From Calditrichia bacterium (GTDB taxonomy: Bacteria; Calditrichota; Calditrichia; Calditrichales; J004), in the NCBI GenBank assembly GCA_020635035.1, contig JACKAO010000004.1:286234-350233 (forward strand): DNA of 64,000 nucleotides, written 5' to 3'. Positions 55,772 to 64,000 of this stretch are shown here, one piece after another. The first letter of the stretch is position 1. Each line of letters starts with the position of its first letter. The translations under genes and the position numbers were made by a program. The notes below the pieces were generated by a model. It was not told where the DNA came from. It was given only the letters and a program-made list of their open reading frames with translations, and made no database searches.

Positions 55772-57025
55772 ATGGCCAAAGAAAAAGTGATTTTAGCCTA
55801 TAGTGGCGGGCTTGATACGTCTGTCATATTAAAGTGGCTGATCAATAAAGGTTATGATGTAATATGTTATGTCGCAAATGTCGGCCAGCGCGAAGATTTT
55901 GATCTCATTCGCGAAAAAGCAGAAAAAACCGGCGCTCTGAAAACATACATTGAAGATTTACGTCATGAATTTGTTACGGATTTTATTTACCCCGCATTGC
56001 GCGGGAATGCAGTATACGAAGGCCGTTATCTGCTTGGTACAGCTTTAGCCCGTCCGCTAATTGCCAAACGGCAGGTAGAGCTTGCTCAGGTTGAAGGCAC
56101 CAATCTTGTATCACACGGATCAACCGGCAAAGGAAATGATCAGGTACGATTTGAACTAACTTATTATGCATTGTTTCCAAATGTTAAAATCATTTCTCCC
56201 TGGAAAGACCGCGAATTTCTTGATCAGTTTAAAGGCCGCAGCGATATGATCGCTTATGCGGAAGAGCAAAATATTCCTGTAAAAGCTACTCTGAAAAAAC
56301 CTTACAGCGAAGATGAAAATCTTTTTCATATCAGTCATGAAGCCGGTATTCTTGAAGATCCGCGTTTTATTGCAACAGAAGATATATACAGCATCACCAA
56401 ATCTCCCAAAAATGCTCCGGATAAAGAAACAGTTATTGAAATTGAATTTAAAGACGGCTATCCGGTGCGTGTTTATAACGCCGAAGATGATACTGAAAAA
56501 ACCGATCCGCTTGAGCTGTTCATGTATCTAAACGAATTGGGCAGTGAAAATGGAATAGGTCGTATTGATATTGTTGAAAATCGCTTTGTTGGCATTAAAT
56601 CACGTGGTATTTATGAGTCTCCGGGTGGAACAATTCTTTGGAAAGCGCATGAAGATCTTGAAGCGATTGCTATGGACAAAGAAGTTATGCGTCTGCGTAA
56701 TATGCTTGGACCAAAATTTTCTGAACTGATTTATAATGGATTCTGGTATTCTCCGGAGATGGACTTTATTTTCAGCTCATTTGAAAAAAGCCAGGAAGCT
56801 ATTGATGGTAAAGTGACCATGTCTTTGTACAAAGGCAATGCCTATGTGATTGCGCGTGAATCGCCGACATCACTTTATAACCAGGAATTGGCGAGTATGG
56901 AAGTCGAGGGTGGTTATAACCAGGAAGATGCGCGTGGCTTCATAAATATCAACTCGCTGCGTCTTAAGGCGCATAATATTGTTCTGCGTAAGAAAGCTCC
57001 TTACGAGTGGAGAAATCAGGAATAA
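55772..57025 (+). CDS. argG: Argininosuccinate synthase
   Basis: [12 protein letters not shown]-binding motif, [13 protein letters not shown], and [13 protein letters not shown]. Confidence 0.95.
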   Translation: MAKEKVILAYSGGLDTSVILKWLINKGYDVICYVANVGQREDFDLIREKAEKTGALKTYIEDLRHEFVTDFIYPALRGNAVYEGRYLLGTALARPLIAKRQVELAQVEGTNLVSHGSTGKGNDQVRFELTYYALFPNVKIISPWKDREFLDQFKGRSDMIAYAEEQNIPVKATLKKPYSEDENLFHISHEAGILEDPRFIATEDIYSITKSPKNAPDKETVIEIEFKDGYPVRVYNAEDDTEKTDPLELFMYLNELGSENGIGRIDIVENRFVGIKSRGIYESPGGTILWKAHEDLEAIAMDKEVMRLRNMLGPKFSELIYNGFWYSPEMDFIFSSFEKSQEAIDGKVTMSLYKGNAYVIARESPTSLYNQELASMEVEGGYNQEDARGFININSLRLKAHNIVLRKKAPYEWRNQE

Positions 57026-57053
57026 ACATCAGTTATCATTTCGGGACCGTTTG

Positions 57054-58250
57054 ATGAAATTATGGCAAAAGGGCATAGCACCTGCAAAAAATGTTGAAGA
57101 ATTTACAGTTGGGAATGATTATGTTTTAGATCAGCAACTGTTAAAATACGATTGTATTGCATCAGCAGCGCATGCCCGTATGCTTCATAAAATTAAAATT
57201 TTGTCGGATAACGAACTTGAGAGTTTGCTTCAAGGATTAAAAAAAATTACTGAGCTTGATGCTTCAGGAAAGTTTAAGATAAAAGCTTCAGATGAAGACT
57301 GCCATACTGCTATAGAAAATTATCTTACAGCTAAACTTGGCGATGTTGGTAAAAAAATCCATACCGGAAGATCTCGCAATGACCAGGTTTTAACAGCCTT
57401 AAGATTGTATTACCGTGACGAATTAAATGAAATTGATATATTGATAGATGGCCTGCAAAAAGCATTCAGAAACTTTGGTGGCAAATACGAAAATGTTGCA
57501 ATTCCGGGATTTACTCATACTCGAAAAGCTATGCCTTCCGGCATAAAAATGTGGTCGGATGCATTTGCCGATGCTGCTGAAGACAACAAGCTGCTGGTTC
57601 AAACTGTCCTGAAGACAATAAATCAATCACCGCTGGGAACAGCTGCAGGTTATGGCGTTCCATTAAATCTGGACCGTGAATTTACCGCAAATGAGCTGGG
57701 GTTTGATAAAGTACAGCAAAACCCGGTTTATGCGCAGCTGAGCCGTGGAAAATTTGAATCCTTAATTTTGCATAGTTTAAGTCAGATCATGTTTGATCTG
57801 AATCGTTGTGCAGCAGACCTGATTTTCCTGAGTATGCCTGACTGGGGCATATTTTTGCTTCCGGCAGAATATTGCACAGGAAGTTCAATTATGCCGCAAA
57901 AAATGAATCCGGATGTTTTGGAGTTGGTCCGCTCCAATTACCATATAGTTAACAGCTACCAGAATCTTCTGCAAAATATTACAGCAAATTTAATAAGCGG
58001 TTACCATCGCGATATTCAGAACAGCAAAGAAGCTGTTTTAAAATCATTCCAGCTTACAAAAGATTGCCTGACAATAATGACATCATTGATTGCTGAATTA
58101 GCTGTGGATACTAAACGTGCGAAGGAACATATGACCGATGAATTATATGCCACGGAAAAAGCTTATAAACTTGTTGAGCAGGGTGTTCCGTTTCGTGATG
58201 CATACAGGCAGGTAGCCAAAGATATTTTTAAGGATAAAAGTTCAGACTAA
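57054..58250 (+). CDS. argH: Argininosuccinate lyase
   Basis: Fumarate-lyase superfamily signature (GSSIMPQKMNPD) and TGRSRNDQV. Start at ATG 57054 (MKLWQKG). Confidence 0.9.
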   Translation: MKLWQKGIAPAKNVEEFTVGNDYVLDQQLLKYDCIASAAHARMLHKIKILSDNELESLLQGLKKITELDASGKFKIKASDEDCHTAIENYLTAKLGDVGKKIHTGRSRNDQVLTALRLYYRDELNEIDILIDGLQKAFRNFGGKYENVAIPGFTHTRKAMPSGIKMWSDAFADAAEDNKLLVQTVLKTINQSPLGTAAGYGVPLNLDREFTANELGFDKVQQNPVYAQLSRGKFESLILHSLSQIMFDLNRCAADLIFLSMPDWGIFLLPAEYCTGSSIMPQKMNPDVLELVRSNYHIVNSYQNLLQNITANLISGYHRDIQNSKEAVLKSFQLTKDCLTIMTSLIAELAVDTKRAKEHMTDELYATEKAYKLVEQGVPFRDAYRQVAKDIFKDKSSD

Positions 58251-59578
58251 CTTCGTGCTGCAGCTGTTTCTTTGATTTTTTTAGCAAGCCCCGGATGCTT
58301 TGCTAAAACCATCTCAAATACTTCTCTTTTTAATACATATACATCAGAATAAGTAATCGATTGAACATTGGCATTGCGCGGTTTATTGTTCAGTAAGGCG
58401 AGTTCACCAAAAAAATCACCATCTTTGATCAGAAATTGTTTTTCGGGATCTTCATTTTTGTAGACTTTTAAACGACCCTTAATTACCAGGTACATTTCCT
58501 GACCTTCATCACCTTCATGAATGATTATATCTCCGGGCGTATAGATTGCCGGTTTTAAATGCTGGGCGATGTCATCTAAAAAGGCATTGTTTGTCTCTTT
58601 AAATAAGGGGATACGATCGATGATTCGGCGTTTCAAATGCATCTCAACTTCGCGTTTTAGACCGGATGGTAAATTATTCAGGAAATAAAGTTCGTCATAA
58701 CCAAGTCTTTTTTTCCAAAGATATGCATAATAGTCGCGAATCCGGTTTTGCAAACCCATCGGCAATTCACGGTAACGTACAAAAGCTTTCAGATTATCCA
58801 TATTTTTCTGGAAAGCAACTTTTGCAGGATCACGTTTAGATAAAATGTTGGCAATATTACCAATAACATAACCATAGATACCAACACCAAACAGCATTAC
58901 CAGCATCGAATAAGCCGTTTCTGCATTATTAATTGGTACGATATCGCCATAACCAACGGTAGTTAAAGTAACAACACTCCAGTATAAGGAACGAATGTAA
59001 AGTGTCAGGTTGTCTGAAATTCCTGCATAGGTGTGCAGTGAAAGCCATCCACAGGACATCCAGTGTGTAATAATCATGATCCAGAAAGCAAAAAAAGCCA
59101 GACGCTGGTAATCAGAAAAACGAATAGCCTTTTTGTTCCAAAAGGATTGATATTGTCCTATCCGGATAATTTTTATCAGTTGGATTAATCCAAAAGTTGA
59201 TGTATCACTTAGTAAGCCGAAAGGAATTGTAGCAATAAGATCAATTGTTAAAAGAAAAATATTATGTTCCTGGTCCAGAACTTCTGCTTTATCCGGAAAT
59301 TTCATCCTGTATTTATATTCACGCAGGTTGTTCAGAAAATCAGCAAAAAATACAATAGTTGCTGAAATATAAATAACAAATACAACATGCTGGTCAATAT
59401 TCAGAACGAGATTCAGCGGTAGTTCGAATGCAATTACAGCCATAGCAAGGCTGCTGAGACCATGTAATGTGAGTGTTAAGCTTCTTGTTATTTTCATAAA
59501 AACTTTTTCTGGGTTGCGAAAGAACCATGCTAAATTTAAGAATAACAATAATATATGTGTAAAATATACATACCACAA
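58247..59578 (-). CDS. Cyclic-nucleotide-gated potassium channel
   Basis: TTVGYGD selectivity filter after the TM helices. The C-terminal cNMP-binding domain has FFGELALL...PRNANV. Confidence 0.85.
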   Translation of the reverse strand: MWYVYFTHILLLFLNLAWFFRNPEKVFMKITRSLTLTLHGLSSLAMAVIAFELPLNLVLNIDQHVVFVIYISATIVFFADFLNNLREYKYRMKFPDKAEVLDQEHNIFLLTIDLIATIPFGLLSDTSTFGLIQLIKIIRIGQYQSFWNKKAIRFSDYQRLAFFAFWIMIITHWMSCGWLSLHTYAGISDNLTLYIRSLYWSVVTLTTVGYGDIVPINNAETAYSMLVMLFGVGIYGYVIGNIANILSKRDPAKVAFQKNMDNLKAFVRYRELPMGLQNRIRDYYAYLWKKRLGYDELYFLNNLPSGLKREVEMHLKRRIIDRIPLFKETNNAFLDDIAQHLKPAIYTPGDIIIHEGDEGQEMYLVIKGRLKVYKNEDPEKQFLIKDGDFFGELALLNNKPRNANVQSITYSDVYVLKREVFEMVLAKHPGLAKKIKETAAARS

Positions 59579-59637
59579 ACCATAAATTTAAGCTAATAAC
59601 AAAAAAAATATTTTGATATTTGATTTCTAAAAACTAT

Positions 59638-59657
59638 ATTTAACCAATTGGTTAAAT
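59638..59657. promoter_or_regulatory. Perfect 20-bp palindrome, candidate TetR operator
   Basis: ATTTAACCAATTGGTTAAAT is its own reverse complement. It ends 24 nt upstream of the TetR ATG (59682). Confidence 0.5.
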
Positions 59658-59681
59658 TATATAGTTAATCCGGATGGATAA

Positions 59682-60290
59682 ATGAGCACGGAAGAAAAAA
59701 TTTTACAGGCTGCAATGGATATATTTCTTGAAAAAGGATTGCATGGAACAAAAATGCAGGAAATAGCAGACAAAGCAGAGATTAATAAAGCGATGCTTCA
59801 TTATTATTTTCGAAGTAAGGAAAAACTTTATGCGCATGTTTTCGAGATAGTTTTTAAACATGTTTTTGAAGAGTTGCATCAGATCTTTACATCCGAAGAA
59901 TCGTTCGAAACGCAAGTACACACGTTTGTGAATAAATACATTGACCTGATAAAAAACAATCCGCGTATTCCACTGTTTATTATTCGCGAACTTGGCCAGG
60001 GCGGTGAAGTAGCTGCAAATACCTTTAAAAATGCAATTGCTGCGGAAAATTATATGTTGCCACATAGCTTTATAGTTGCCGCAAAGAACGCTGTAGAAAC
60101 AAAGCAAATCAAGCCTGTCGATCCCAGGCATCTGCTTATCACACTTTTAGGATCCTGTGTTTTCTTTTTTATTGCCGAACCAATGATAAGTGTTTTTTTA
60201 AACAATGATCCTTCTTTTAACAGGGAAATGTTTATCAATCAAAGAAAAAATGAAATTATTAACGTTTTATTAAATGGGATTAAACCTTAG
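59682..60290 (+). CDS. TetR/AcrR-family transcriptional regulator
   Basis: N-terminal HTH (ILQAAMDIFLEKGLHGTKMQEIADKAEINKAMLHYYFRSKEKLY). Confidence 0.9.
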   Translation: MSTEEKILQAAMDIFLEKGLHGTKMQEIADKAEINKAMLHYYFRSKEKLYAHVFEIVFKHVFEELHQIFTSEESFETQVHTFVNKYIDLIKNNPRIPLFIIRELGQGGEVAANTFKNAIAAENYMLPHSFIVAAKNAVETKQIKPVDPRHLLITLLGSCVFFFIAEPMISVFLNNDPSFNREMFINQRKNEIINVLLNGIKP

Positions 60291-60298
60291 GAAAGCTT

Positions 60299-61585
60299 AT
60301 GAGAATTATTAAGATTCTATCTATGTTATTCCTTGTGGTGAATGTTGCTCAGCCACAATCACTCAATGAAGCCATTCAATTGGCTCTGGACAATAACAAT
60401 ATAATTAAGGCGGTACAAGATGAAAGTGCAGCGGCGCGGCAGGAGTGGGATGCATTAAAAAAAGATGCGCTTCCATCAGTTTCTTTTGATGCTTCTTACA
60501 GACATGTTACTGATGTGGCGACCATCAATTTCCCGGCAACGCCTATTAGTCCTGCCCGCGATATATCATTAGGTGTTTATGATACGTACGAAAGCAGCAT
60601 AAACGCTAAGTATATTTTATTCAGTGGATTTGCCGAAACAGAAGCACAACGGGTTAAAGAATTTGAATATAAAATTTCAAAAACAGATCAACTGCAAACA
60701 GAAAAGGATATTGCTTATAATACCATTGAGGCTTACCGAAACGTGCAGTTTTTTATACTGAATATTAAAACATTAAATGATGCTCTAAAAAGAAATGATG
60801 TGCAGGCGGGCCGGGTTAAATCTTTGTTGAATAATGGAATGGCATTAGCCTTAGATACATTATCCCTTTCACTGGCACGAACAAATATTAAACAGCAATT
60901 AATACGCAGTGCCACCATTTTAGATAACTGGCGGCAGATACTTAAATCTTTAACAGGGGCTGATATCAAACCGCAGGAATCTGCAGAAAATGTGAATCCG
61001 CATTACGCAGACTATAGCTTTGAAGCACAAAATTCGTTTCAATCATTAAAATTTCGTCAGGACATGCTTGCGTCAGTGGAGTCGCTGAAAAAATCAGAGT
61101 TCTATCCTAAAGTGTTTATTGGCGCTTCCTTGAAATATGGTAAACCGGGTGTTGATTTTATAAATAATGAATGGATGGCATACGGTGTTTGGAATGTTGG
61201 CTTATCCTGGGATTTATGGAGCTGGGGTGCTGACCAGGCGCGTGTAGATGCTGTTAAATTACAGAGAAGTGCTCTAAAATATCGTGAACAATCTTTAAAA
61301 GATCAGCTGGATCTGAAGTACAATAAAGCAGAAAGAGACTATAAATCATTAAACGAACAATATGTAGTGGCTAAAAAAGCTGTTAGAGTGGCCAGCGAAA
61401 AAATGCGCATTATTGAAATAAATGCTGAAAAAGGCCAACTGTCTGTCAGCGATTTTAATGATGCCAATCTGGAATTGTCACAAGCCGAGTTAAACCAACA
61501 GCAGAGTCTGATTATGCTAAATCTTAAAGCAAATGAAATTGATTATTTAAGTGGACAACCTATTTCAAACTGGAGTATAAACTAA
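60299..61585 (+). CDS. TolC-family outer membrane efflux protein
   Basis: Signal peptide and two OEP-type repeats. The context is TetR-HlyD-ABC. Confidence 0.8.
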   Translation: MRIIKILSMLFLVVNVAQPQSLNEAIQLALDNNNIIKAVQDESAAARQEWDALKKDALPSVSFDASYRHVTDVATINFPATPISPARDISLGVYDTYESSINAKYILFSGFAETEAQRVKEFEYKISKTDQLQTEKDIAYNTIEAYRNVQFFILNIKTLNDALKRNDVQAGRVKSLLNNGMALALDTLSLSLARTNIKQQLIRSATILDNWRQILKSLTGADIKPQESAENVNPHYADYSFEAQNSFQSLKFRQDMLASVESLKKSEFYPKVFIGASLKYGKPGVDFINNEWMAYGVWNVGLSWDLWSWGADQARVDAVKLQRSALKYREQSLKDQLDLKYNKAERDYKSLNEQYVVAKKAVRVASEKMRIIEINAEKGQLSVSDFNDANLELSQAELNQQQSLIMLNLKANEIDYLSGQPISNWSIN

Positions 61586-62469
61586 TGAAAAATTTAATCA
61601 TCTTTATTGTAGGCATTGTGTTAGCCGGTTGTTCGGATAATAATGAAAATGCCTTTAAATTTAACGGTCGGCTGGAAGTTGATATAATAAAAGTGGCAGC
61701 AAAAACAAATGGTGAGATTGACTCGCTGTTTGCAGATGAAGGCGATCGTGTTATTGCAAACCAGGACTTGGCAGTAATTGAGAAGGACCGTTTACATATC
61801 CAGGAACAACAGCAAACTGCACAACTCGGAGAATTGGAAGCCAATGTTAGAAGCATGCAGGCGCAGGTAAAGCAATTAAACGCCCAGCTAAAATTGAATG
61901 AAGATTTAATTATAAAAACTAAAGATCTTGTTAGCAATGGAGCAGCAACAACACAGAAACTGGATGAGCTAACAACGCAAAATGAAGTTTTAAAATCGCA
62001 GATAGAATCGGTTAAAGCCAGTATTGACGCCATGTCTGATAAACGGGCACAAATTAATGCCGCGATTAACCTTACTAAGCTAAACCTTAACGATAGTCGA
62101 ATTGTCGCACCCGTAAACGGAATCATTCTTAATCGTTACCGCAATCTTAAAGAGCTAGTTGGTCCGGGGTCGGTTATGTTTGATGTAGCCGATTTAGACG
62201 AAATGGATGCTACAATCTATGTGCCGTTGGCAGATTTAAATCGGGTAAAATTAGGGCAATCGGTCTCTGTCCAGGTCGATGGGATATCTGAAGACCTGAA
62301 TGGTACAGTTAAATGGATTTCCAGTGAAGCAGAATTTACACCAAAAACTATTTTAACGGATGAAACACGCACCAGCCTGGTGTATGCTGTAAAAATCAGG
62401 ATAGACAACAAAGACGGTCGTTTGAAGATTGGAATGCCGGTGGACGTAATTATCGGGCAGGATAGCTGA
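61585..62469 (+). CDS. HlyD-family membrane fusion (periplasmic adaptor) protein
   Basis: Lipobox (LAGC), a coiled-coil hairpin, IVAPVNGII and a beta-barrel C-terminus. TAATG overlap with the upstream gene. Confidence 0.8.
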   Translation: MKNLIIFIVGIVLAGCSDNNENAFKFNGRLEVDIIKVAAKTNGEIDSLFADEGDRVIANQDLAVIEKDRLHIQEQQQTAQLGELEANVRSMQAQVKQLNAQLKLNEDLIIKTKDLVSNGAATTQKLDELTTQNEVLKSQIESVKASIDAMSDKRAQINAAINLTKLNLNDSRIVAPVNGIILNRYRNLKELVGPGSVMFDVADLDEMDATIYVPLADLNRVKLGQSVSVQVDGISEDLNGTVKWISSEAEFTPKTILTDETRTSLVYAVKIRIDNKDGRLKIGMPVDVIIGQDS

Positions 62470-62470
62470 T

Positions 62471-63397
62471 ATGATTCCTATAAAGGTAGAAAATATCCAT
62501 AAAAATTATGGTGAAATAAAAGCCTTAAAGGGGGTTGGTTTTCAGGTAAATGAAGGTGAAATCTTTGGTTTGATCGGACCTGACGGGGCTGGCAAAACAA
62601 CGCTGATGCGCATGATTGTATCGTTACTTTTTCCTGATGAAGGCAATATCCTTTTTATGGACAGGGATGTGGTTAGCAATAATGCTTTTGTCCGCAGCCA
62701 TGTCGGGTATATGCCGCAGCGTTTCAGTTTATACCAGGATTTAAGCGTTGAAGAAAACCTGTTGTTCTTCGGTGATCTGTTCAATGTTCCCAAAGAAAAG
62801 CAGCATCAGCGGCTGGAACGGTTATATAATTTTTCAAGACTGGGACCTTTTAAAAAACGGTTTGCCGGTGCGCTTTCGGGCGGGATGAAGCAAAAGCTGG
62901 CGCTATCTTGTATGCTGATGCACGAACCGGAAATAATGATTCTCGATGAACCAACTTTTGGTGTCGATCCGGTTTCCCGGCTTGAATTCTGGAACATTCT
63001 CGGTACCCTGCGCGATCAGGGCATTACACAGGTTATCACTACACCATATATGGATGAAGCAGCACGTTGCGACAGAATTGCACTTATTTATGCAGGCAAT
63101 ATTCTGGCACTGGATGCTCCCGATAAAATTATTGCTGATTTTCCTTATAACATTTATAAAATCGCTTCAGAAGTCCCGCATATTTTGTTTAATAATTTAA
63201 AATCAGTTATGGAAGAAAAAGATATCCAGTTGTTTGCAGACGGCGTTCATGTAATTGATCGTAATAAAATGGGGATCAATGAAATGCGCAATTTCCTTAA
63301 AGCATATCTGAAAGATGATGAAGAGCCTGCACAGTCCAATGCAAATCTTGAAAATATTTTTCTTGATTTGATGCACGAACAGAAGGAGCAGGTATGA
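62471..63397 (+). CDS. ABC transporter ATP-binding protein (ABC-2 type exporter)
   Basis: Walker A GPDGAGKTT, signature LSGGMKQK, Walker B ILDEPT. Confidence 0.9.
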   Translation: MIPIKVENIHKNYGEIKALKGVGFQVNEGEIFGLIGPDGAGKTTLMRMIVSLLFPDEGNILFMDRDVVSNNAFVRSHVGYMPQRFSLYQDLSVEENLLFFGDLFNVPKEKQHQRLERLYNFSRLGPFKKRFAGALSGGMKQKLALSCMLMHEPEIMILDEPTFGVDPVSRLEFWNILGTLRDQGITQVITTPYMDEAARCDRIALIYAGNILALDAPDKIIADFPYNIYKIASEVPHILFNNLKSVMEEKDIQLFADGVHVIDRNKMGINEMRNFLKAYLKDDEEPAQSNANLENIFLDLMHEQKEQV

Positions 63398-64000
63398 GAA
63401 GCAACGGTTACGCAGTTGAAGTTGAAAATCTGACAAGAATTTTTGGGGACTTCAAAGCAGTAAATGATATTTCGTTCCAGGTTGAAAAGGGTGAAATATT
63501 TGGATTCCTGGGGGCAAACGGTGCCGGTAAGACAACCACAATCAGGATGCTTTGCGGTTTGTTACTGCCATCATCGGGACAAGCAACTGTTGCGGGGTTT
63601 GATATTTATAAAGAATATGAAAAAATAAAACAGCACATTGGCTATATGAGTCAAAAATTCTCCCTGTATGAAGATTTAACAGTACGTGAAAATATTGAAT
63701 TTTATGGTGGTGTTTACGGATTGTCACGTAAAGAAATATCTGATCGTACTAAAGAGCTTTTGGATTACTTAAATCTCAATCAACAGGCCGACCACCTGAC
63801 AAAATCTCTGCCTGTTGGCTGGAAACAGCGCCTGGCTTTGAGTACTGCCTTACTTCATAATCCGCCAATCATTTTTCTTGATGAACCAACAAGTGGTGTG
63901 GATCCTGTCTCGCGAAGAAATTTCTGGTTATTGATTTATGAGTTAGTGGAACAGGGAAAAACAGTTTTTGTTACGACGCATTTTATGGATGAAGCAGAAT
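63394..64000 (+). CDS. Second ABC transporter ATP-binding protein, 3'-truncated by the window edge
   Basis: Not in the ORF track because it is open at the window end. My own translation from ATG 63394 (ATGA overlap) gives MRSNGYAVEVENLTRIFGDFKAV...GANGAGKTTTIRML...LPVGWKQRLAL...FLDEPTSGVDP. Confidence 0.85.
   Translation, partial: MRSNGYAVEVENLTRIFGDFKAVNDISFQVEKGEIFGFLGANGAGKTTTIRMLCGLLLPSSGQATVAGFDIYKEYEKIKQHIGYMSQKFSLYEDLTVRENIEFYGGVYGLSRKEISDRTKELLDYLNLNQQADHLTKSLPVGWKQRLALSTALLHNPPIIFLDEPTSGVDPVSRRNFWLLIYELVEQGKTVFVTTHFMDEAE

Overview
The window is a densely coding, AT-rich bacterial chromosome segment with about 60 CDS. I found no rRNA, tRNA, CRISPR array, transposase or integrase. Two proteins end in T9SS-type C-terminal sorting domains (YPNPFN...), there is a BatE-like gene, and most genes have clear AGGAG-type Shine-Dalgarno sites. 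Together these suggest an FCB-group organism outside the Bacteroidia, possibly Ignavibacteria-like; this is an inference. The flanks are housekeeping or accessory genes: dcp, corA, a TerC-family gene, an MscS-family channel, a cyclophilin, argG-argH, an osmoprotectant ABC transporter, a cNMP-gated K+ channel, and a TetR-TolC-HlyD-ABC efflux cluster. The centre (13.7-34.5 kb) is a 19-gene, same-strand Wza/Wzc/Wzx/Wzy-type polysaccharide locus. It is followed by secreted beta-helix and T9SS proteins. The most interesting content is a sub-module inside that locus. It holds a bona fide PEP mutase (EDK-X5-NS motif) with no phosphonopyruvate decarboxylase, AEP transaminase or cytidylyltransferase. 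Instead it sits next to a SerA-like 2-hydroxyacid dehydrogenase, an ATP-grasp ligase, a FemAB-like transferase, an HprK-like P-loop protein and an NMP-kinase-like protein. I interpret this as a candidate non-AEP (phosphonolactate-type) phosphonate decoration pathway for a surface glycan. Other notable items are listed here:
- The priming sugar transferase has an N-terminal degenerate GGDEF-like domain that keeps an RxxD I-site.
- An ECF sigma / anti-sigma / HEAT-super-repeat operon lies divergent from a CotH-LTD-T9SS protein.
- A structured 130-nt intergenic element lies between dcp and the TauE-family gene.
- A perfect 20-bp palindrome lies in front of the TetR gene.
All functional calls rest on motifs read by eye from the translations. 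No database search was run.
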